Positions 23,390 through 34,255 are shown, counted from the stretch's first letter. The stretch is 34,306 nucleotides of DNA from Octopus bimaculoides (GCF_001194135.2 NC_068990.1:83919840-83954145); one strand, 5' to 3'. The notes: generated from the letters alone by a model not told the origin. Translations and numbers: made by a program.

Positions 23390-23715
23390 TATATATGCAC
23401 GCATTTTATACAAATATATTTTTATATATTATATACTTATGTATATACATACATATAAATATATATACAGACATACATAAATACCCATACATATATATGT
23501 ATATATGTATATATATTTATACACGCATATATGTATATATATGTATATATATGTATATATGTATATATGTGTGTGTGTGCGTGTGTGTACGCATATATAT
23601 TTATATGTATATATATGTATATGAATATATACATATATATATACATATATATATAAATATATATATACATATGCATATATGTATGTGTATGTATATATAT
23701 ATATATACATATATG

Positions 23716-23747
<32 letters not shown>

Positions 23748-23775
23748 TGTATGTATGTATGTACACGCATACATA
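23210..23775. repeat. Low-complexity (TA)/(TG)/(CA)/(TATG) tract
   Basis: Directly visible; source of many spurious ORFs. Confidence 0.95.
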
Positions 23776-24386
23776 GCATGCATTATCTTAGAATTTCGTA
23801 TGCCAGATTACAAATCTTTCATCTCTCATACATTACATAATACTTTATCGTGATGGTTTATAACCGAGTTTAGGCCATTGGTTTGACGAACCTTGTAGTG
23901 TTAGAATGAAGCTACTTATTTGAGTGCTTCAAAATTCTGTAGCCGTCTTAGATTTGTGATTAGCACGCATACGGTTTGCAGTAGATACGAGGTTTGATTT
24001 CTGTAGGGAATGCAGCAAAGTTTTCCATCTTCTTTATTATATATACATGTGTTTGTGTGTGAGCATATGTAAATTAGAGGTTCATGAAGCACTCGTCAGT
24101 TTTCCACTACTGCAACAGCTTACAACATGGAGTTGTTCTTGCGTTCATTACCTATTCACAGCTTGTGATAGTAGCGCTGTAACTTCAAGAACTAAGTAAC
24201 AGAATGCAAACTAACCAATCTTGGACCAAGTGCCCTGTCAACTCCACAGTCTTTGATTTGTTATTGTGAAGGAAAAAAGAATTGTATAGAAATCATGCAT
24301 TTACCAGTCGAATTAAATTAATGCCTATAATGCATGTCATGTTTATAATAGCAACGTCTCTGTTTTAATTTTATCGCTATCAACAG

Positions 24387-24469
24387 TCTGGACCAGTTCT
24401 TTTCAATTATATTTGCTTTACAAGAGGCAAGGCAACAAAAATGAAAACCTTACAGCCATATCTAAAGAA
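24387..24469 (+). CDS. SEA-like module exon 1 (83 nt, phase 1-0): (V)WTSSFQLYLLYKRQGNKNENLTAISKE
   Basis: caacag acceptor, gtaagt donor; phase-compatible with neighbours; domain identity is inference. Confidence 0.72.
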
Positions 24470-25109
24470 GTAAGTGCTTGCCTATCTAAAATCCATTTCG
24501 AACTTTCTCTCCCTCTTTTCTCCCACTACTCTCCCTCTTTTCTCCCACTACTCTCCCTCTCTTTCTCTCTCTCTGTCTTGTTGTGTATATAATACACACT
24601 CATAGACAGAAAGACAGACAGACAAACAGACTTATGTTACTCCCATAACAATGCGCAGTGACTTGTTATTGAAAGCCAAAATGAAAAGTATTAAAACGCA
24701 TTATAAGAAGTCTAATACAATCTGTAGGTTCCTCAGTGACAAGCATAATACGTACAGTCCCATTTTGAACGATAGTTAACATCACACTTTGAAAACAAAG
24801 CAGTGACGTGATAGGGAATTGTTCCATTGTACCATTTAAGATAACGAACAGAATATCTCGTCTGAAAGATATCTAACCATCTCCATTGTCATGGAGCCTC
24901 ACCAAATACAAAAAACAACGTTCTCTTCTAAACACACACACACCCCACCCCCCACAAACATCTGGTTTATATAAATGAACAAGCTGTTTGTACGTTCACA
25001 AAATTATATTTGACAAGTTCGAGAAAGGAACGAAAACGCTAATAATAATAATAAAGAAATAAAAAGACTTTTTTTCCAAAATTCTGACTACTCTTTTTCT
25101 CAATATATA

Positions 25110-25652
25110 NNNNNNNNNNNNNNNNNNNNNNNNNNNNNNNNNNNNNNNNNNNNNNNNNNNNNNNNNNNNNNNNNNNNNNNNNNNNNNNNNNNNNNNNNNN
25201 NNNNNNNNNNNNNNNNNNNNNNNNNNNNNNNNNNNNNNNNNNNNNNNNNNNNNNNNNNNNNNNNNNNNNNNNNNNNNNNNNNNNNNNNNNNNNNNNNNNN
25301 NNNNNNNNNNNNNNNNNNNNNNNNNNNNNNNNNNNNNNNNNNNNNNNNNNNNNNNNNNNNNNNNNNNNNNNNNNNNNNNNNNNNNNNNNNNNNNNNNNNN
25401 NNNNNNNNNNNNNNNNNNNNNNNNNNNNNNNNNNNNNNNNNNNNNNNNNNNNNNNNNNNNNNNNNNNNNNNNNNNNNNNNNNNNNNNNNNNNNNNNNNNN
25501 NNNNNNNNNNNNNNNNNNNNNNNNNNNNNNNNNNNNNNNNNNNNNNNNNNNNNNNNNNNNNNNNNNNNNNNNNNNNNNNNNNNNNNNNNNNNNNNNNNNN
25601 NNNNNNNNNNNNNNNNNNNNNNNNNNNNNNNNNNNNNNNNNNNNNNNNNNNN
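25110..25652. other. Assembly gap
   Basis: N run. Confidence 0.97.
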
Positions 25653-25747
25653 CAACATATTTACCGAAAGCGAGGGAATGCAGCTTAAATGTTTTTAAGA
25701 GATAAATTTTGAAAAGCTGCATTCCCTCGCTTTCGGTAAATATGTTG
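25653..25747. repeat. Perfect 34-bp inverted repeat with 27-nt spacer
   Basis: caacatatttaccgaaagcgagggaatgcagctt (25653-25686) is the exact reverse complement of 25714-25747. Confidence 0.95.
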
Positions 25748-25982
25748 CTTATTTTTGGTAGTTTTTTTTACTTATTTAGTCCCTCGATAGCGTGAGGCAT
25801 TGATACACAGTTAATGCCCTTTATATATAATTAAATATATCTATGAAGAAACGATGAATTTTTTCATTACGAAATTTTTCGTTATTTTTTCATTATGAGG
25901 TTTTTTCACGCTGACTACTTGATAAATTCTTATAAAGAATTTATCCTATATTGTATTATATATATATATCTTTCTTTTGCAG

Positions 25983-26035
25983 TTGGAGAAGAAGTTTTTA
26001 CATATGCCAGGTATTTACACAGTCAAGAATTGTGG
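25983..26035 (+). CDS. SEA-like module exon 2 (53 nt, phase 0-2): LEKKFLHMPGIYTVKNC(G)
   Basis: strong pyrimidine tract with ttgcag acceptor, gtaagc donor; phase-compatible. Confidence 0.75.
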
Positions 26036-26198
26036 GTAAGCTAAATCCTTTATCCTTTCAGGTTTCTTCCATTTTTGCTCAAAATATATTAGTGATTTTT
26101 ACCGCAGATGTAAAGTATTGTAGCGCTTAGGTATTATAAAGGTTAATTATGCTCACACAAAGGAACATACATGCGTACCTACATATACATATAGGAAT

Positions 26199-26435
26199 GA
26201 GGGCGCATGGCTTAGTGGTTAGGAAGTTGCGCTCACGATCTCACAATCGGGATTTCAATTCTTAGACTGGGTTCTGCGTTGTGTGCTTGAGCAAAACACT
26301 TCATCTCACGTTGCTCTGCGATCACTTCGATGCCTAACGCGTGGTACACCATGCACCTGTTCAGGCAACGTCGATTTGTTGGAGAGAGTGAGCTAAAATG
26401 TGTCACGAACATTTGATCATTATAAACAAACCATG
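26199..26435 (+). mobile_element. Diverged tRNA-headed SINE
   Basis: gggcgcatggcttagtggttagg A box, degenerate B box, gtgcttgagcaaaacact core. Confidence 0.65.
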
Positions 26436-26969
26436 TCATTCAGCAAAACAGCTGAACGCTCATACGTCGTCTTCGATGGGAGAGTCCATTATATATGTGT
26501 GGTGTGTGGGGGTGCCATCTTGTCAGAAAGCAAGGCAGTACCTATGACTCATTCCAAAGTCATAGGCACTGGTGGTAGTGAGCGAGGAATACATACCGAA
26601 GTTGGAGACCTGGAACGAATCTTTGCAGCAGAGTAGGGTCCGCAGAAGACACTGAAGGTACCAGATAATTGGTTTAAATTATGTGACGAATTGAGCATAT
26701 TACCTATGTATACTATAGCGAGATTTGAACCCAGAATGAAAGGATCTGATACAGAAACAATCTTCTCAGTCCAATTTTCCTAGTTCTGCCAATAACCGCT
26801 CTGAATATTTCATCTCTACACTTTAGATCTCTATCATTATGGTTAAATCACCTTCCTTTTATCCTTCTGTATTCCCACATACTAAAAGTTCTGATGAACG
26901 CCATTGAAAAACCGTTTGTTTGTTTGTTTATTTATTTAAGTTTCTTTTGTTTTGAAATTCTTGTTTCAG

Positions 26970-27109
26970 TGCGCAGAGCAAGACAGAAGTATTTATCCTT
27001 GAGTGCCATGTTCCTAAGAATGTTACAAAAGAACAAGTTAAAGATATTTTGAAAGCAAAAGCGCTACGTAGTTTAGGCTTTGAGGAAGATAGCGAAATAA
27101 GTGATAGAA
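26970..27109 (+). CDS. SEA-like module exon 3 (140 nt, phase 2-1): AQSKTEVFILECHVPKNVTKEQVKDILKAKALRSLGFEEDSEISDR
   Basis: tttcag acceptor, gtaagc donor; phase-compatible. Confidence 0.78.
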
Positions 27110-27430
27110 GTAAGCGCTGTGTCTTGTATCATCTTTATCACCTTCACCAAGCATCATCATACTCTCCCCCTCTTCTTCTTCTTCTTCCGTTTCCTCCTCC
27201 TCATCTTCCTCTCACCCTCCTCCTTATCATCATCATTATCATTGTTATTGTTATCGTCATCATCTCACAAACCGTTACTCCAACTTCCTGACGGTTGTGA
27301 CCGCAATTGTCAGATGATCAGAAATGAAAACTCAGAGCCATGGTTTCTGAACTTTAAAGCTCTCCTAAAAATATATAAATAACTTTACATCCAATATTGA
27401 TATGGCTTATAATTAGAATTTTATATCTAC

Positions 27431-27477
27431 TATGACCGCGAGTCCGCTACCCTAACCACTGGGCCATTGCGCCTCCA
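27431..27477 (-). mobile_element. Isolated 5' head of SINE family 1
   Basis: Reverse complement tggaggcgcaatggcccagtggttagggtagcggactcgcggtcata. Confidence 0.85.
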
Positions 27478-27503
27478 GAGGTGGCCTAATATATATCAAT
27501 GTC

Positions 27504-27829
27504 TACATTATTTACATTATTTATATTTGACGGATATTTGTCCTCATCTTGTATGCCCACGGGCATATGGCGTAGTGGTTAAGAGCGCGGGCTACTAACC
27601 CCAAGGTTCCGAGTTCGATTCACGGCAGCGACCTGATTAATAATAGTAATAATAATAATAATAATATAATAATAGTAACATCGTTAGGAATGAGAACCCA
27701 GGTTCGAAATTTCCCCAAGACACCTGACGAAGGCTGGAGGGTATATCAGCCGAAACAAACAAGATGAGGACAAATATCCGTCAAATGTAAATAATGTAAA
27801 TAATTCCTCATCTCTTAAATATAGAACTG
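27504..27829 (+). mobile_element. Composite non-autonomous element: inverted arm, tRNA-like head, (AAT)n, hammerhead-like core, matching arm; 12-bp flanking direct repeat
   Basis: 46-bp arms 27507-27552 and 27759-27804 (1 mismatch); A box 27568-27578, B box 27611-27621; CTGACGA-GGCTG/CAGCC-GAAAC at 27724-27756; tatatcaatgtc at 27492-27503 and 27830-27841. Confidence 0.7.
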
Positions 27830-27987
27830 TATATCAATGTCATTTGACATTTGGTTAATCTCTATTTTCTTTTTATAATAGTATTTACAGATAAAGCATT
27901 TTATCAATATTCTTGTATTTTCTTGTATATAAATCATACCAATGTATTTTCTAATGCATGTACTATATTCATGTTTAATTTATTCAG

Positions 27988-28090
27988 AGTTTTGCAATGA
28001 AAACACAAATGGCAGGTTTCAGTGGCCAGTGACAAAAATAGGAGATACCGCGTACATCTCGTGTCTTGCACATATAGCAACAAGAGACTG
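27988..28090 (+). CDS. HormR domain exon 1 (103 nt, phase 1-2): (K)FCNENTNGRFQWPVTKIGDTAYISCLAHIATRD(C)
   Basis: attcag acceptor, gttcgt donor (weaker); C...WPxTxxG...C...ATRxC HormR signature. Confidence 0.88.
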
Positions 28091-28204
28091 GTTCGTTTAT
28101 ATTATTATATTTCCTTTGAATTTTTTAAATCTTACTGTTTTAGGGAGAGAATCAGGCAACGAGCTAATAGAATTGTTAGTGTGTCGTGCAAAATGCAAAG
28201 TGAT

Positions 28205-28350
28205 ATGTCTTGCAGCTCATTACGTTCTGAATCCAAATCCCACTGGTGTTAGCTTTGCTTTTCATCCTTCTAGGGTCGATAAAAACAAGTACTAGGGACA
28301 ACAGTATTAACTTTCTCTCTTCCCTCAGAACTAATGGCCGTGTGCAAAAA
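28205..28350 (+). mobile_element. Degenerate SINE fragment related to family 3
   Basis: ctttgcttttcatccttctagggtcgataaa matches the reverse complement of the core at 30600-30630. Confidence 0.55.
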
Positions 28351-28814
28351 TTAATAAGAATTATTCTATGAAACAATCTTGCATTCTTAAATTATTAAAT
28401 AATTATTATTAAGTATTAAATTATGATAGAAGGGAATGTTTCTATATTCATCTGATGTAACACAGGTATTTTACTATTACACAGCATATAACCTAAGATA
28501 TTTTATGCACACATAGTTGATCTTCCGGTGAAAGTTCTTGAGGGTTCAGTCACGAGCAAATTACGGTCTGCGGGACTAACGAAAAAGTACTTGATGATAC
28601 ACGTGTACATGTAAATCCTCACTATCATTTATCTTTGTATTTCTCTAAATGTTTTAAGGCTTTTGTGAGGAATAAAGCAATTATTACTTCTTGTTTCGAT
28701 AGATTACGGATGAGATCGACGTAATTTTTTTTTATATTCATTTTAAGTTGATGAAATAAGATTGACCAATATCATTTTCACCTGATTTTATTTTGTTTTG
28801 CTTTGGCTTTTTAG

Positions 28815-28966
28815 TGTTCAAGGAACGGCGGCTACCACGTGTCTTAATTTGCCCAAACAATCACCTTTTACTGGTGTCTGGAAAGATGTAGACATTTCTC
28901 AATGTAATAATACTAAATGGATCATTAAAGAACTCAAGAAAATGCAAGGTCATCGTATCAATGAAT
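28815..28966 (+). CDS. HormR end / GAIN start exon (152 nt, phase 2-1): VQGTAATTCLNLPKQSPFTGVWKDVDISQCNNTKWIIKELKKMQGHRINE
   Basis: ttttag acceptor, gtgagt donor; GxWxxxDxSxC end-of-HormR motif. Confidence 0.88.
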
Positions 28967-28999
28967 GTGAGTGACCAGTCAATTGTTTCCGACACCATT

Positions 29000-29037
29000 A
29001 CAGCAGAAGCAGCAGCAGCAACAGCAGCAGTAGCAGC

Positions 29038-29096
<59 letters not shown>

Positions 29097-29097
29097 C
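29000..29097 (+). repeat. (CAG)n/(TAG)n tract
   Basis: Directly visible. Confidence 0.95.
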
Positions 29098-29194
29098 TGT
29101 TGTTGTTTCGGTTTTACTGTTTTGGGCACCCATAATAGTTGATATATAAGTGTGTGTGTGTGGATGCATAAACGTATGTATTGTGCGCATATTT

Positions 29195-29225
<31 letters not shown>

Positions 29226-29524
29226 CATAATAAAAGAGAGTTTGTATGTGTGTGTGTGCGTGTGTGAGTGTGAGCGCGTATGTTCCTTATGGATTCCAGA
29301 ACAGAGTAACCGTTTTTGACGTATGGGGTATCAAAACATTCAGTAAGTTTTTGGTTACGAACTAAACTATATTTTCATTCATTTATTAGCATTACAAAAA
29401 TTTAAGATTATCATTTTTCTTTTAATCACCTATCTTAAACGACATCTTTTACCACCACCACCACCACCACCACCACCACCACAACGACGATGACGTCACA
29501 TTCTCTGTGTTCGCATATATATAT

Positions 29525-29759
29525 ATATACACATATATACGACGGGCTTCTTTCAGTTTCCATCTACCAAATCCACGCACAAGGCTTTGGTCGGCCCGAG
29601 GCTATAGTAGAAGANNNNNNNNNNAAATCCACGCACAAGGCTTTGGTCGGCCCGAGGCTATAGTAGAAGACACTTGCCCAAGGTGCTACGCAGTGGGACT
29701 GAACCCGAAACCATGTGGTTGGTAATGCAAGCTACTTACCACACAGCCACTCCTACGCC
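29525..29759 (-). mobile_element. SINE family 2, 5' half, with 10-N gap and overlapping duplicated sequence
   Basis: Matches 7545-7703; aaatccacgcacaagg... repeated across the N run (scaffolding overlap). Confidence 0.85.
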
Positions 29760-30120
29760 TAAAGAAGTTAAAAGAATTTTACGGAAATTAACGAACAATC
29801 ATATGATCCGGTATATGTCGAGCTGACAACTTTGCTTCTTCAAACGAAAGAATGCCATAAAATACTTCGAATTCCATTGTTAAAAAAAAAACGTTTTATA
29901 ACATTTTGTAGTAATGTGTGGCACGACTATAGCAACTAAAATTATAGAGTAGAAAACACTGGATTAGATTTAGAACAATTAACGAACCAGTAGTGAACTG
30001 AATGTTTTTGGTTATTTCTGATATCTTTGTAAGCTTCCAATGACCCGATAATAGTAATGTGACGTTGAATTTTCATTCAATAAATTCTTCTCAAATTAAC
30101 CGTTCAATTTTCCATTGCAG

Positions 30121-30352
30121 GTAATATTAAAGATTTAACCAGACAACTGTTAAATATTTCCCAGAAATCAGTTTATTTCAAAGAAATCGATGTTGTCCTG
30201 GCTGTAGCTAATTATGAGAAGATAGTGCCATGTATATCGAATGTGAGTGCCAATGCAATAAAGGATGATATCCTTTCTATCATCAACAATATCATAAACA
30301 CACCAGAGAAGATTTTGATTGGAGCAGAAAAATCCAACAGAAGTGTCAGCAG
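30121..30352 (+). CDS. GAIN subdomain A exon (232 nt, phase 1-2): (C)NIKDLTRQLLNISQKSVYFKEIDVVLAVANYEKIVPCISNVSANAIKDDILSIINNIINTPEKILIGAEKSNRSVS(R)
   Basis: ttgcag acceptor, gtaaaa donor; amphipathic helical pattern after HormR as in ADGRG-like GAIN domains. Confidence 0.85.
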
Positions 30353-30393
30353 GTAAAACCTAAATCACATTTGCTGCTATTGTACTAATGTAA

Positions 30394-30394
30394 A

Positions 30395-30457
<63 letters not shown>
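30394..30457 (+). repeat. (TAG)n tract
   Basis: Directly visible. Confidence 0.95.
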
Positions 30458-30460
<3 letters not shown>

Positions 30461-30509
30461 AGATTGCGGTGGTGGCTGCTGCTACAATTACTGTTTTCTA
30501 GAATACATT

Positions 30510-30832
30510 CTTTTCTTTTCTACTCTAGGCACAAGGCTCGAAATTTTTGGGGGAAGGGGCCACTCGATTAGATCGACGCCAGTACGCAACTGGTACTTAA
30601 TTTATCCACCCCGAAAGGATGAAAGTCAAAGTCAAACTCGGCGGAATTTGAACTCAGAACGTAAAGACAGACGAAATTCCGCTAAGCATTTCGCCCAGCG
30701 TGCTAACGTTTCTTATTTCTTTATTGCCCACAAGGGGCTAAACATAGAGGGGACAAACAAGGACAGACAATGGGATTAAGTCGATTACATCGACCTCAGT
30801 GCGTAACTGGTACTTAATTTGTCTACCCCGAA
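30510..30832 (-). mobile_element. Two adjacent SINE family 3 fragments
   Basis: Shared core tcgatta.atcgac..cagt.cg.aactggtacttaattt.tc.accccgaa in both; B-box-like gttctgagttcaaattcc on the minus strand. Confidence 0.75.
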
Positions 30833-31149
30833 TAAGTTGAAGTAAGGAACAGAGGTCATAAATTCTAAATGGAATCGTTTTTTTCTGGAAATTTATACTT
30901 TCTCATAAATTACGTTTATATTAATATATTGTGGTGTTATTTTAAGTTACTCATAAAACAATTCAGAGCATCCATTATATCTCACCGGCGCTAACTAATT
31001 CTATATGCTGAACGTAATATAGTGAATAATTATTTTATTGTAGTAAAATGTAAGTACTCTATTGAAAGTAATACAAAAAGTTGTAACAGCGATTTTTCAT
31101 TAACTGCTAAAGGTTGTTCAAACTGCATATGCTTGTAGAAGAATTCTTC

Positions 31150-32100
31150 CTTTGTACAAACGTTTTATTCAACATAGTGTCCATCGTAAGCAATGCATTT
31201 GCACCATCACTAAATTCTCGAATCCATTTTAAGAACATTGTGGTGTGTATTGTTGTAAACCTTTTTACCTCGTCTGTGTCATCATATCGTTTCCTGAAGA
31301 TTGTTCTTCATTGGGCTGAACTAGTGAAAGTTGAAGGACGTCAGATACGGGTTTCCCGGTGTATGGGAACGTACTCGTCAGCCCAATTTACCGGTTCCCT
31401 GATTTGTTATCAAAGATGTGTAGTCGCGAATTATCATGGTAAATGTTAATAATCTTCAGATTGTTGTTCGATCTATTCTCCAATTTTGTGCACGCAACAG
31501 CCATATTCTAGAAAACCAAAGTAAACAAGTTTCTTATCATCCCTCAAAAAATCATTCACCATGACTTTCTGTATTCACAACACTCTTGAAGAAGCGTGAA
31601 GCTATTCCATGAACTGAGCCTCCGTTTCCGGATTATAAACATACATCTACGTTTCATCCCCTGTCACCGGAACTGCGACTTTATTGGCTTCAAACGCTTC
31701 CAGATCACGCCAGGCTTCTACTTCAAATTGAGTCTCAACTGTTGATGTATCAAATCGAGTCTCAACTATTGATGTATCAACTTTGAACGCACTTCTCGAC
31801 ACGCAGAATCTTATACCATCTTCTGTAATGCATCGTGATCACATTTCAGTTGTGCAGTGCATGCACAGGCTGTGACTCGTTTGTCCATGCAAATCAATTC
31901 TTCTGTTCACTGGCGATTCGTGTCAGCATACACAGTTCGTCTCCCGCTGCATGCTTTATCTTCAATGTAGGTTTCCTTTTCTTTAAACTTCGTCCATGTA
32001 TGTGCAGTAGTATTGTCAATAATGTCATCTACGTAACCAATATTCCATGAATGTAAGACAGCTTGCATCCCACCTTCGTCGAATAATCAATGATGGCACG
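31150..32100 (-). mobile_element. Highly degenerate mariner remnant; ends approximate
   Basis: Minus-strand VTGDET*MYVYNPETE, HDNSR and PMKNNL/KRYDDTDEVK resemble mariner DD34D motifs; stops and frameshifts. Confidence 0.7.
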
Positions 32101-33421
32101 TTGCTTCAGCTTAGAACCCATTATTTGCCTGCAACGAAGAAGAGTAGAAATAAAAGTTATTCCAGAAGAAGAATTACTCCACCAGCAGCGTGTACAAATT
32201 GGACGACATATGTCAGTAAAAAAATACTAGGCTGTCTTTGCATTACTTTTGGTGATCACTCGTAATTATTGCTCTTTAGCATGGGTACATCGTGAAACAT
32301 TTTAGTATGGAGTATACAGTCAAATGACCTGACCTCAATACTTAACATATACATTACATTACTGTTCCCAGGAAACTGAAAAGAACTCGGTGGAATGTAC
32401 AAATAATTATTACAGAAATAGCACCATGCTGTAGACTGATAAGCTGCTGCTCTCACACTTTTCAACTAGTGTGATAGACCACGAGCACAATCATCACTCT
32501 CACCAGCCTTTTACTGTCTCACATATCGCCGTCGATTTACTACAGATACTAATTATAATAAATGATACATAGATTAGGTCCAATATTAACATCTATAAAA
32601 CAAAAACAAAAGAAGATAATAAATTATAATTAAATTATAATTAAATAATTAAATAAAGACAACACTCTCGAAATAAATGTTCAGTTTTCAGTATTTTAAT
32701 AAATATTTGAATAGTGATCATATAAATGTCAGACCGAGAAAATGGTACGAAATGTCAGCATTTAGGTTTTTCTGTTCTTTTTGAGAATGTTTATTTCATA
32801 TAATTTCATACACTCAAGGACTATATTCGTTTTAAAATACACAAATGCATTCCTTGATTATTAATTCCGTTTCGTCGACCATTTATTTAATTAATCTTTG
32901 TTCTCCTAATCCTACTTATACACTTGTCCCTCCACATCATCATCATCACCATCATCATTGTCGTGATCATCATCATCGTCGTTTGTTGTAATTACAATCC
33001 GTCCAATGAAAACTAGAATAGATTACAAAGGAGAACAATTTTGAGCATAATTTCTGTTGAGCAGGAATACCAAGAGAACTTGCATCATCGTCATATCGAA
33101 AATAGCTGCAAAGTAGCCGAAACAACATGAATAATTGCAGTTATAGTATATAAACTATTTTTAATGTAGTTATTACTACTTATTGAACTTCTTCGCTCCC
33201 CTTTACGGCATTAGCGTTCAATGGCTTTTTCTCACTTGAATCCTTGTTTTCCTTTCAGATTTTGCTGTTTCACGTCATATGTTTCCCTATGGGAAGGCCT
33301 TCCTCGCCTAGCTCTTGTGCGTTTTGAATTGTCATCGATGCTTCTGTAACTTTGCTTTCTTTTTACAAGAGTTGACCCTACGCAAACTCATTGTTTTTGC
33401 TTCTGACTTAATGTACTGTTA

Positions 33422-33789
33422 GTGGAGGCGCAATGGCCCAGTGGTTAGAGCAGCAGACTCGCGGTCATAAGATCACGGTGAGCGTTTATTGAGCGAAAAA
33501 CACCAAAAAGCTCCACGAGGCTCCGGCAGGGGATGGTGGCGAACCTTGCTGTACTCTTTCACCACAACTTTCTCTCACTCTTACTTCCTGTTTCTGTTGT
33601 GCCTGTAATTCAAAGGGTCAGCCTTGTCACACTGTGTCACGTTGAATCTCCCCGAGAACTACGTTAAGGGTACACGTGTCTGTGGAATGCTCAGCCACTT
33701 GCACGTTAATTTCACGAGCAGGCTGTTCCGTTGATCGGATCAACTGGAACCCTCGACGTCGTAAGTGACGGAGTGCCAACAACAACAAC
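33422..33789 (+). mobile_element. tRNA-headed SINE, family 1, B box deleted, 12-bp TSD
   Basis: TSD aatgtactgtta at 33410-33421 and 33790-33801; (aac)n tail. Confidence 0.92.
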
Positions 33790-33968
33790 AATGTACTGTT
33801 AATGGTAATAGAGGAACTTTAGCCGTTTATTAAACACTATATATACTCTACCATGTGTACCCCTTTGTAATAAACTAAATATTAAATTTACAAGTTTAGC
33901 TTGGAAAGTGATTTGAATAAACAGAATTCAATGTCATAAATTGAACGGTTTTGTTCGCTTTCTCACAG

Positions 33969-34140
33969 AATACTGAATATTATGGGAAACGTATCAGAAA
34001 AACTTCAAGTGGAGAAGCAGCAGTTCAAAGTCTTATTTTCCAAATTTGGCATGGGTATTACCAAAGTGAATAAGAATACTTTCCGCGGTCTTTTCTATGG
34101 TATTTTACCGGCAACCAATACAACTGAAGCAGAGAATGTG
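33969..34140 (+). CDS. GAIN exon (172 nt, phase 2-0): ILNIMGNVSEKLQVEKQQFKVLFSKFGMGITKVNKNTFRGLFYGILPATNTTEAENV
   Basis: tcacag acceptor, gtaaat donor; overlaps ORF 33982-34173; helix-to-strand transition expected in GAIN. Confidence 0.85.
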
Positions 34141-34253
34141 GTAAATATTTTCTCAAGTTTACTTTGTTATTAGACCTTTGTTCTAAATACTAAAGATAAA
34201 ACCTACGGTAGTATGTGATATATCTTTATTGCTGTATGAATTAGTATGATGTG

Positions 34254-34255
<2 letters not shown>

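Larger units (their letters stand above)
886..34140 (+). other. Partial multi-exon gene: putative adhesion GPCR ectodomain (LRR x13 - LRRCT - Ly6/uPAR - SEA-like - HormR - GAIN); both ends outside window
   Basis: 23 exons with AG/GT boundaries and compatible phases give one stop-free 767-codon frame; many NxS/T sequons and Cys motifs fit an extracellular region; HormR followed by a helical GAIN-like region is characteristic of adhesion GPCRs. GPS and 7TM not seen. Confidence 0.85.

Noticed and set aside
22067-23853. ORFs with poly-Y/L/V/C or YIYI/MYVC runs
   Set aside because: Translations of trinucleotide and dinucleotide microsatellites; only the 22086-22266 exon on the + strand is supported.
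27561-27632. tRNA gene candidate
   Set aside because: Has A and B boxes but I could not fold a convincing acceptor or anticodon stem, and it lies inside a TSD-flanked composite repeat; likewise the heads at 4418, 8542, 15657, 26199 and 33422 are SINE heads.
29560-29680. Tandem duplication inside a SINE
   Set aside because: The duplicated segment straddles a 10-N gap; most likely an unmerged contig overlap.
4418-33789. Orientation bias of SINE families (family 1 mostly sense, family 2 antisense)
   Set aside because: Too few copies to distinguish from chance.
886-34140. Assigning a symbol such as ADGRA2/3, ADGRG6, LGR or SLIT
   Set aside because: Architecture matches none of them and the 7TM region needed for orthology is absent.
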